Both the position numbers and the translations under genes were made by a program. This document shows, piece by piece, positions 49,960 through 60,309 of a stretch of DNA of 64,000 bases. Numbering within the stretch: the stretch's first letter is position 1; each line of letters opens with the position of its first letter. The notes beneath the pieces were generated by a model. The model was given only the letters and a program-made list of their open reading frames with translations. It was not told the origin of the DNA and ran no database searches. The DNA lies in NCBI GenBank assembly GCA_976551045.1, contig CDPCPM010000050.1, forward strand, positions 2,790,001 through 2,854,000, in the 5' to 3' direction. Origin of the DNA: Glaucostegus cemiculus. Its lineage: Eukaryota.

Positions 49960-49973
49960 CTGCCATCTGCTGG
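49960..49973 (-). promoter_or_regulatory. Candidate CTCF site (CCAGCAGATGGCAG)
   Basis: Core identical to 24451-24464. Lies between cluster 4 and cluster 5. Confidence 0.58.
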
Positions 49974-52916
49974 TCAAGTCGCACACGACACGAAGGCCAG
50001 AAGTAACTGAGTGTTGGCAGTTCCATGAAAAACAGCCTGTTGAGACCATGTAACATCGGATCGGAATTTTAGGAATCGGCCAGAAGGCGAATGACGAGAA
50101 CTTACTGGCGGCCCTCCTCCAGCGGATTCCAGAGAATTCTCAGAAATGAAATTCTACGTGGAGTCCATTTGAGGCCCATCAGGGAATGAGAAAATCATGA
50201 AAGTGAAAGGCCGTTATTCTGGGAATCGAAACAAGAGCAACGACCCATTGAATTGAAGCAAGGGGAACGGCTGTGAGTGAAAACAATTCAAACGTTTTGG
50301 ATTAACATCATACAGAAGTTTCGAATTAACTGACCCTGCTTCGCAGTTTAAAAAAAATATGAAGACTGTTCAGCTACAAATTGACTTCCTCAATATTAAT
50401 ACTTTGAATTTTATTCTGTTGTTGAACGGTTACAATAATTTTCGAGTTCATCTGCGTGTCGGGAACGTTCAGCAGCATCAAAAGTCCGTGAAGTCTTTTA
50501 CGGCCGACAAAACGTCAAAGCCATTCTCAGACTTGCCATTTTAGATTACAGAAGGCCAACGAGCACGTCAGCATCAGGGGATCTGCTGGAATCAAGTCCA
50601 CAAATATCAGTGTGTTGGGAATCAGCGAGGTTCATACATGTCAACTTTCTGGCGACGTGAAATTCATGCAAATACATACACGTGTTACTTGTAATATCAG
50701 AGTAATACTCACTAACCACGGCTATCATATAAACACCAACCCAACCAGTGTATTGATTCGGTTAAGAGAAGTACGCGGGAGTTAGAGTGATAATCATTCA
50801 GCAGGGAAATCCACATTTTCTGCAGAAAATTCTGCTGAAATTAGCTGCATCAAATGAAAGATCCAGGAATGAATTCCAGAAGAGAATCGTGGCACAAGTT
50901 ATTACGAACACATTGGTGGAAATTTACAGTTATATGCGCGTGACATGTGTAAAGAGAGATGCATATTGCACTGAATTCTATCTATTAAAAAGTTCAAAGA
51001 GTTCAGAAGCATCATGTATGTTTCTGTCATTTGCCTTCCATTTAACTGGGGTGCAATTCTTTCCAGTCCTTTTCCAATGTATCTGAAGAATATCGTGAAA
51101 GAATATTTAAAACGTTTGCTCTAAGCACTGTGATGTGTCAGAAAAGCACGGCACCATGGAAGAATAGAGGAATACTGATCATCAGACTGAAATTTAAAGT
51201 CCCCTCAGCAATCTAAATTACGCAGCCGCAGAAAACTTTATATCCACAGAGGTGTCTCAATATCACTCCTTATAATAATGCAAAGTTTCAACGCGCGATA
51301 TTGCAGATGAGGGTAAAGGTTGCAAGGGAAGTGTAATCAAGAACGTGGTTTAAACCGCAGAAGCAGAAGTGCAGGAGTTTGCATTCTAAATGTCAGTAAA
51401 ATAATGACAGAGGCTGAGGTATACAACAACATTTTGTGTGGGTGCAACAAGATCAGATAACACATGACCAAGCAAATGTCCCTGCAAACATTTAACTCCG
51501 TGCCACGAGCTTTTTAGGGAGCAGAGTGGATGACGGGGGTGGAAGATCATGTATCTCTCCAATTACACAAGTTTATGATGGCACAGATAGGGATATGACT
51601 GGGCTAAGTGGGATCAGTAAAATGTCATGGCGCAAAACAGGGAGAATAATCAGAGATCTGGAAATGACAGGAAAAGCCAATTCAAACGCGGTTACTTTTT
51701 GATTTGGTTTAATCCACTACATGCAGATTGTCTATATTGCATATGAAATATCACAGGATAAAATATCAGGGATACCAAGGATGTTGTGGTTGAATTCCTG
51801 GCCAACAAACGATCCTCATCACTCTGCTGATCAAGGGCCTCTGCCAGACATTTCACAGCGAGCCAATGCCAGTTGTCAGACCAATCCCATCTCTCCCATT
51901 CTCCTGCTATTTAATTGAAATATATGCTTTCACCAAAGCCCATTATATGATTTACGTTCGCCATTGACCAAGCAAGCAGCAATTCTTTGGGGCGTCGGTG
52001 GAAAGCGGAAGCCACAGAGGTCGGGGGAACTGAGGAGGTCACAGGGAGAAAGTGCAAATTCCATACAGGCAGCGCCAAGATAGAAACCGGATGTTGGAGC
52101 TGTGAGAGAGCTTCACCACCCACAGCGTCACTGTGTTCCACCACAGGACACTCCACGGAGCCCAGAGGTAGAAATGAGTTCTCCTGAGAATCCGTAAGAT
52201 TGTGCTTGGACCTTCAGGTAGATCTAATGAATTCAGTTATCAAATGAAGCTTGTGGATGTAAAAGGGAAAGCAAAGATAGATTACATTCGTTTCATTTAA
52301 TTATTTCAATTATTAATTATTTTTAAAACTTTCATGCTTTAGGGGTTCAATTGTTAACATTTTAATCAGGTTTAAATAAAAGCATGGAAAAACGGTTTCC
52401 GAACGTTAGAGAAATTCAAACACAGTTAAGTTTCCAGAAGTTTGATCGAAGGCAGAGTTTAGAGGGGTCTCGCATTGTCAAAGCTTTGGAGACGGTTTTC
52501 ATGAACGGGGCCTGCTTGACCATCACATGACGCATTTATTTGAATGGGGATTGTGGGAGTAAAACCTAAGGCGAATGTAAATTACATTTGGTTTAATGAT
52601 TTATTTTCTGGTTGAAGGTTCCGCCGTACTCAGCGGTTCGCTGCTTGTTTCTGGGTCGGCCCCAGCCAGCGAAATGAGCCTTCCAGACGCGGAGGAAACA
52701 CATTTGGCGGCCATTAAATGTGAATGGCATATCGCATCTTCACTGAGGAAACACGGGGACAAATGATGACATAATTCTCTCAATGCTGAACTCCACCTGC
52801 CATTACTTTGTTTATTCATCAATTTATTTTCTTATTTTCACCAATCATCCCACTTTACTCCTCCTCGTTATGTTTTGCGATCCGCCAGCTCGTATACATC
52901 ACTCTTTGTTCTGACC

Positions 52917-52997
52917 CACAATTGTTCTCTGATTGGCTGGGTAGGTGAAGAACACTCTTTGTTCTTCACCTACCCAGCCAGTTAGAAACCAACTGTG
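52917..52997. repeat. Inverted repeat: perfect 21-bp arms (52934-52954 / 52960-52980), 5-nt loop, imperfect 17-bp extension
   Basis: tggctgggtaggtgaagaaca-ctctt-tgttcttcacctacccagcca. Confidence 0.93.
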
Positions 52998-53841
52998 AAT
53001 CCCTGCTTTCGACTCCTGCCTCCCAAACAATTGTCAGCCCACATTTTCCAGTAATGTAACATCTGACCTGGAGATCCTGACTGATATTTCTGTGGACCTA
53101 TTTCAGAGTCGTCCATTGTGGAATCAGTTTCTCTACGGCCACATCTCACATCTCAAATGCTAAAGCTCGCTCTCCCAGAGCAAATTATCCCATCTATTGC
53201 TTCCTCCAGATCGTTGGTTAGACCAACTAGGGTGGCCAACTTTTAAGTTCTTTAGTGCGTGTCCTTAAATGCGTGAGACGCCAAGCAGCTCTTCATGAAT
53301 CCAGCACTCTTCCGTGATTCTGGTCCCGAGACCGCGAGAAACCACTCGGCATTAGCCTCCTTTCTCTTGTGCTGTTTCTTGCGATGAGTTTGAAATTAGT
53401 CTGGATAGAGACTATGGCCCTGGAGGATACTGTGGCGAGGTTGTCATCATTGTGAGCTAACACTGAAAGAAGAAGACTCTACTAAAGCTGGGCAGATTCA
53501 AAGATTCTAACGAGAGTTTGGACGTGAGATAAATCCTTGCGTGATAAATTCGTGCGTAAATATAATTACCGAGCGGCGTTTGAAATCATCCTATAGTTTG
53601 GAAAATAAAAATAATGCAATTTCAATGCTTAACAGCGCTGTAAATTGAATGAAGATGATTCATCGGTCAACGTGGGAGATAAGAGAGATTTTATTGTATT
53701 CCCCTACGTGTAATTTTGCACTGAACCTCCGATCACCTCAGAATTCGATTGCGGCCAATCAGTTCAAGCCGACACGCTGCACATCTGCTGTGATTGAAAC
53801 TTTTTCAAATAAATTCAAGTATATAATATCGAAACATGATA

Positions 53842-53847
53842 TTTATT
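53842..53847 (-). terminator. AATAAA polyadenylation signal of the cluster 5 C exon
   Basis: About 37 nt after the stop, conserved context. Confidence 0.78.
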
Positions 53848-53883
53848 TTCAACGGTAACGAAATAGTACATAGGTTGTTTGAA

Positions 53884-54206
53884 TCACATACAACCTGATC
53901 TCTCAACGTTTGCCTTGAGCGGGGTTGCCTGAGTCTCGTCTTTAACCATACAAGAGTAACGCTCGTGTGAGTTCCAGACTGAGGCTGGCAGAGTCAGGTA
54001 ACTGCTCACACCGAACGTGTTGTTCGTGTCCTGTTGGACCCGACTGGTCTCAACGCCATCCATTCTACCTCTGCCGTCCACAGTCCACTCAATGTCCACA
54101 GCGCCCGGATTAAACCCGCTCACCAGACACACCAGGGCAGCGATGCCCTTTCTCATGATCTCTTCTACTGAAGGTCGCAGGACGGAAACCGCCGGCGGCC
54201 GTTGCT
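53884..54206 (-). CDS. IGL: IgL constant exon, cluster 5; open frame
   Basis: QRPPAVSVLRPSVEEIMRKGIAALVCLVSGFNPG...W...YSCMVKDETQ...RSGCM*. Acceptor at 54207-54208, 323 nt. The usual CxVxH His is Asp here. Confidence 0.94.
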
Positions 54207-57200
54207 CTGAAAAATGGAAGAAAATACAGGAAGGTCAATTATGATTTCACATCGAAGTCTGAATCAACCCGAGTCCTCGGCACTGCTCTTACAATTAGCG
54301 TCACTGCAACCGAATGAAAACCTTTGTCCTGCAGAACCTCAGTGATACACATTGCACAGCCACAGAAGCTCAGAGCTCTGGGGGGGGGGGGGGGAAGTGT
54401 GTGTATTTTCAAAATATTGACACATAACAACAGATAAAACAAGCTGTTGCAAAAGAACATTTCAAACTAATGACACGTCTTTCATTTCTAAATTAATAGC
54501 GCCCTCAAAGATCTCTCCTATTTTTCAAAAGCCCCACTTCTTTCGCTCGTTATGGATTCAAATAGAATTTGGACCTGAATTTGAGGGGACGGGAAGCGTC
54601 GTTAAAATGAATGATAAAAATAATTTTGGGCACTCTTACATTCTAATATTTTCGCCTGAGTCAAATTTCCACTTGAACTGTATCCAGAAAGCTGTGAATT
54701 TAAAAAGTAGCAGATCCTAAGTTCTGGTTAAATATTTAGTAATATATAAGAGAAAGGTACCGCACTAGCTCTCATCATTCCCGATTCAGTTTCGTTTACG
54801 GCCAACCTCGTGTGTTGCTTTTTGTCTCGGGTTTTCTTCTAATTCTGAAGGTGACAAAAATTCTATTTAATTGCTTTTGAGGCCTCTGGACAAACCCTGA
54901 ACCGCAGGTTCTCCCAGGGTCAATAAAACAAAAAATCGCCGGTATGTAATGTGCGAGTTCTTAACACGCACGACAATGCAAGGAATTAATTACTTGCGAA
55001 TAAGTTATATTTGAATCCAAAAATCAACCAAGATTGATAAAACAACTTATCGCCCCATGGAAGAATACTATGCGCGGATTATCAAACGTTGAAAAGGCGT
55101 CACAGTAATCGCGTCACACAAGCAATCTGCTTCACGGGAAAAGATCTAGGATCACAGGGCCACACAACATGTCATTTCAATTAAGGCAATCATTTTCCAA
55201 TAAATACTATGTGATTCTCACCAAGTATGTCACAGCTAGAAAATAATGTCCTAGAATTAAGCTGTAGTTGAACCCAAAAATGTCCTTACCAATGTGTCCA
55301 CTATCCAAAACCGATGAAGCAGAGACACCCTCATTTTCAAACTGCTTTTTCCGTGAGAATTCTGTGCGCGGATTATCTGTACCGTTTCCCATTGGTGGCA
55401 CTGAACGCACGAACAGCGCGTTGTGACCGTTTCAAGACCAAAGACACATCTCAGCTCGAACGGAATTTCCTTTCAGGCAACAATTCTTTTGTCTTACTAA
55501 GGATTCGCCACTTACGTGGCTTTAATTCCCTTCAAGTTTGATAACTACGTTGGGAGTCAGCAAATTCGGCAGCGAACTCCCTTGAAGGTGACACGGAGTG
55601 GATATTTAAAGATATAGATTTTTAATAAAACAACCTAAACTTGAACGGAAGTATTTCGCTTTTTTATCTCGTATTATCCCGTTCTACCCTGATTTATCAG
55701 AATACGTTAATAACACAGCATATCCAACGATATTGAATTTTCGATGACACGAATAGCAAAACCACAGACATAACTCAATATATTGAGAACACAAGCACTG
55801 ATAACATATTCAGATATATTCGTATTCAGAAATGTGCATAACAAGAAAAAGCAATGTGGCTCTGGCTCTGAATATTATTTAGTTCAAGGTGATCTCGAAG
55901 ATGCCAGAGCATTACAGCGAGTTGTACACTGTCTCTTCAAATGTTTTCATGGGAATTAAGAAGTATTGTGTAAGGTTTTTGTATTTTAGCCCAACAATGA
56001 TTTCAACCGGACTATAGTGACCCAATGTAAGCGGTCAAACACAATCCAACACTCTTAGAAATTGAAAGCTCAGAAGGAAGTCCATCTCGCAGCCCAAGGC
56101 TTTAAAAACATAACTCGATGTCTATCTTTGACAGTTGCTTATCCACTTCACTTTAAAGCTCGCCGTTAATTCCGCTTTTACATTTGGGGTACAAAATCGT
56201 CTCCGAACACCTTGGAAAATATCCGAATTTCTCGAAATATCCTATAAATAATTACATTCACAAAGTCCTTTCAAGGACTCAAAAATATCCCAATGAAATG
56301 TTGCGCGACAAAAATTGACCCCATCAACATCAGAAAGTCTCACGGCGGAGTAACAGAATTTGAGACCAATGCATAGCTTTTCAAAATTCTTTAAAGCAAA
56401 GAGTTAGAGAGAGGAAAGTACAATCAGGAGGGAATTCCACCACTTGGACGATTTGCAGCCGAAATGCCAACTACCCATCGTGAAAGCATAAAGTTAACAG
56501 ATGGTTAAAAGGTCAATGTTACCTGATCAAATATAAAGAATCAAAGTGTGGAAGACTATAAAAATGGAAATGGCTCAACCCTCGTACGATTGAGCTGAGA
56601 CTTTGATCGTGAGGCATTCCTTAACAAGGAACAACAATAAATCAGCAAACAAAGGTAGGAGAGTGGTTCGGAGCGAGCAGGGACACACAGAACAGAGTTG
56701 AGTGGAACTAACGATTTCGCGGAGTGTGGACTGAGGGAAGGTTGGACGTAAATTGGAAAAGTTAACACGGGCGATTTGAGAAAGGGGAAAGAGAGTTCTA
56801 GCTCGGTAGCTTCCTCAGCACTGTTCCTGCCTCAGCTCATCCTCCGTTGAAAACTCATCTATGCTTCTGCTATATTGACTTTTCCGTCCACTCTCAAAGC
56901 CTCGCCTTATTGGTGACATCTTAACAGTGGCTTCAATGACCTCGTCACGCTTCAATACCATCAATAATATAAATTGCTCTTTGGTTGTTATTTAAAGCTT
57001 ATCAGACATTGAATCCAAAGCCCTACATAAATATATTCTATTATTTATTTTCACTTGAATTAACTCATCCTGCCAAGCAAAGGGATTTTTATTTACTTTT
57101 TAGTCGGGATTGTTCAAAAGATCAGCGGTCAATTCCCCTGAAATCCGAATGAATCACAAAATATTGATATGATTGTTGCAGGGATTTTTTAACCTAAAAA

Positions 57201-57650
57201 ACATACACTGGAAGATATTTGCTTTTGCACTCGTGTCGCCGAATAATATCACCATTAATTGTTGTCATTTTATGGGGTGTTCGGATACCGATGACACGAA
57301 TCGTAAAACGAGCAAAAAAGAATGTCATTTTAAAAAAAAGTAAGGCAAGAGAACTGAAACTATATCTGGAGATATTCACAGTAAGGGAAATTAATGTGGC
57401 TCTAGATTCGAATGTACTCCTCTTCCGGTGTCTGATCTGCTCTCGTCACACGATCCCCCAGAATCGTGATGGTTGCAAAACCTCCGGAGGGTTTTAGTGG
57501 GAGATAACATTTTGCGCGTTATTTTTTTATTTGAATTTAGAGGTTTTTTTACGGTCATTAATTTCAACGTGTTTGTAAGGAACATGGATAAACCAGTCTG
57601 GAACACAATATGAGAATCATTGACTCAGAATTCCCAAAGGAATTTAAAAA

Positions 57651-57754
57651 AAAGACATACGGGTAGGTTAACTTGGGTGTTTAAAATGGACGGAGCGGAC
57701 TCGTAGGGCCGTAAGGGCCTGTTACCACGCTGTAAATAAATTATTATAAATTAA
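57651..57754 (+). mobile_element. 5'-truncated V-SINE (3' part only) in the cluster 5 J-C intron
   Basis: Matches 36351-36430. Flanked by AATTTAAAAA at 57641-57650 and 57755-57764. Confidence 0.82.
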
Positions 57755-58920
57755 AATTTAAAAATCGACCTCGCAGCCCTGTTGTTTTAAACTTAGTTCA
57801 AGATTTGCCTTTGTAATTTTTTTATCTACCTCTCTTTAAAGCTTCCTTTGCATTCTTTAGACCCGAGGCACAACACGTTTACAAAATACCATTATTTCTC
57901 AAGTAATTATAACAACATCGATTCCGTTGTCGACTGCACAAAATATCCTGTAGGAATATTATGGAAGCAAAATTGAGGAAGGCGAAATTAAACGAGAAGA
58001 GCAGATTTTTAGGCAAAGTCGTAACGTTTAGGGTGACTTTAAAGGTGGAGAGAGAGAGGCAGCGAGGCAGAGAAGCTCAAAGAGGGAGTTCCAGCGTTTC
58101 GGAATATGGCAGCTGAAAGCGCGACGAACCACTGTGAAAGCACTAAAATTCATTGATGATCAAGTGGCCAAAATTAGATGAACTCAAGCATCTCAGAGGA
58201 CCTGAGATTACAAAAGTGGAAAGGTATTAACCCTAAGAACGATTTGATAACAAAGATAGGAATTATTACATCGAGACGTCGTTAAAATAAGAGATGTACA
58301 CCCGCAAAGCCAGCAAGTGCGAATTAGGGTATGGAGTCAGGGTTTTGAAATACCGAAGTCTGACGAAGGAAGAGCAAGAAGAGGTCAGGGATAAATATGA
58401 AAGTCAAGTTGGACAGTGTTGCAGACGCTGAAATAGGCGTTCGCTATTTCCAGCTCAGCAACATGCTCGCCTCTTCTGCCGCAGTATAACTGACGGGGTC
58501 ACTTCGTCAATGTATTTTCTCACTCCATTCTGAACTTCCCTGTCTGCTTTCGCAGCTAAATCCTCGCAGTCATGGCAAAAACTGAGAAATGATTTCCGTG
58601 TCATCTTGAAGACTTTAATATCAGACGCCTTTTATGTTTGGTTGTTTACATTTCATGGTATGCTGAACTTCAAACTATACATAAAATTATATTCTAATAC
58701 TTATCCTCATTATTAAACAGATTCACCCCACCAAGCAAAGGATTCTATTTCGGTTTTTTTTTCAGTCCCTCATATTCCAAAGACCAGAGAATAACTTGAG
58801 CGATGAAGAAACAGGATGGAAAATACGGATTAATATTATTGTGCCAAGGAATTACACCTGAAAGGAAAAACAACAGCGATTGACAAATTCTAATTTTTAC
58901 ACTGTGAACAATTTACTTAC

Positions 58921-59262
58921 TGCTCAGATTCAGTTTGGTTCCTTTCCCGAAGATGATTATACCAGAGCTCCCCATGCCACAGAAATAATCAGCAGCATCT
59001 TCCGACTGCACGTTGGTGATAGTTAAATGCATCTGGTTGTTTGACGAATCCATGGCACCGGTAAACCGATCTGAAATTCCCGTGGCTCGGTCAATAGCTT
59101 CTTCCCACACAAGGATGGGAGCGCTGCCGGGTTTTAGCCAGTACCAGCTCATGCCACAGCTCCCAATATTACCGTCTGACGTGGTACAGGTGATCTTAAT
59201 GGTCTCCCCCGGCGAAGTTGAGATAGACGGGGACTGAGTCAAGGCCATCTCCGCTTTAGTGG
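58921..59262 (-). CDS. IGL: Germline-joined VJ exon, cluster 5; intact, with an extra Cys in CDR1
   Basis: TKAEMALTQSPSISTSPGETIKITCTTSDGNIGSCGMSWYWLKP...GISDRFTG...EDAADYFC-GMGSSGIII-FGKGTKLNLS. AG at 59263-59264, GTAAGT at 58915-58920, 342 nt. Confidence 0.96.
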
Positions 59263-59351
59263 CTGGCGAAGTAACACATTAATCTTAGAACTTTTAATCC
59301 ATTAGCACGATGTAAAGAGCAGCAGTATTAACGAGTGAGTGTTCTACTTAC

Positions 59352-59400
59352 TGTAGATGCAGAACACCAGTGTGGCGAGAACCGAAATTATTTCAGCCAT
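59352..59400 (-). CDS. IGL: Leader exon, cluster 5: MAEIISVLATLVFCIY
   Basis: ATG at 59398-59400, 49 nt, GTAAGT donor, 89-bp intron. Confidence 0.92.
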
Positions 59401-59458
59401 GGTGAAGGAGAGGAAAGTTTGGCGACAGAAGTCCGGTTTTGGTCTCGTTCAAAGCTTC

Positions 59459-59529
59459 GCCTTAAGAAACCTGGAAATTCGGAACGTCATTAAGTATCAA
59501 TTATACATGTAAATTTCTAACCACGTGAC
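59459..59529 (-). promoter_or_regulatory. IgL V promoter, cluster 5, with variant octamer ATTTACAT (59507-59514), CACGTG 59522-59527, TGACGT 59484-59489
   Basis: Positional homology and conserved spacing. Confidence 0.77.
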
Positions 59530-60309
59530 GACTAATGATTAATTCACACGTCAAGTGTTAACTGATTCTTCTACAGTTTCAACCATTCCAGGAAAAGAAA
59601 AAAAAAACCGTTAAGTGCACTGAAGTATGTCGGAGAATAGTAGAAAACAGTAAAGTGGAGAGGAAGGATGGACATACTACATGCTTGCGTTTTTTTATTC
59701 AATTACACGCTCAGATGAGAATGGGCGAGAGTGAGAAGCAGCGTTAGGACTTGATAAATGTGCCATAATGGGACAAGTATTTTGTTCAGTGAGTTATTTT
59801 GTGGCAAAAACATTGAAGATTTCACGAAAGGTTTTGAAAGCCCTTTTAGCAAAAGATCTGAGGGATCTTAAGGTCACACCAAAAAATGTAATATCTGTGT
59901 GTTTCAACTTGTGATCCACGTCCAAAACTCCTGTGCGCTATCTGGTATCCAAAGGCACTTTATAACCCCTGCACCAGATTTCTTTGCATTGTACTTGAAT
60001 GAGATTTCATCTCTCAAGGTTAACGCAAGATGCATACTTCTATAAATACATTTAATGTCTTCAACGGGTATTTCACAACACGATTTTGCCATGAGCATCT
60101 TTGGACCAATGAAGATAGCAACCTTTCCCTAACAGAGATAGAGGGCAAAAGAAACTCCAGGAAGGAGCGTCCTCTTCGCTTCAGACGTGATCGATTGAAC
60201 TTTAAATAACAGTTCGTAATATCACAGTAATAGATGAGAAATGAGGGAGATTTGCGAGTTCAGTAACTACCTGCCTGTTATTTTGTACAAGATAGATGTC
60301 TAAATCTTA

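Larger units (their letters stand above)
35792..52000 (+). repeat. Segmental duplication copy B; paralogue of ~11461-26610
   Basis: Collinear with copy A. Differs by a SINE at 36.2 kb, a 153-bp C-tail repeat at 40.2 kb and a CR1 at 42.1 kb. Confidence 0.92.

Noticed and set aside
58870-58906. Perfect heptamer CACAGTG (minus strand) 14 bp after the cluster 5 J donor
   Set aside because: No nonamer at 12 or 23 bp, wrong side of J for an RSS, and absent from the other four clusters.
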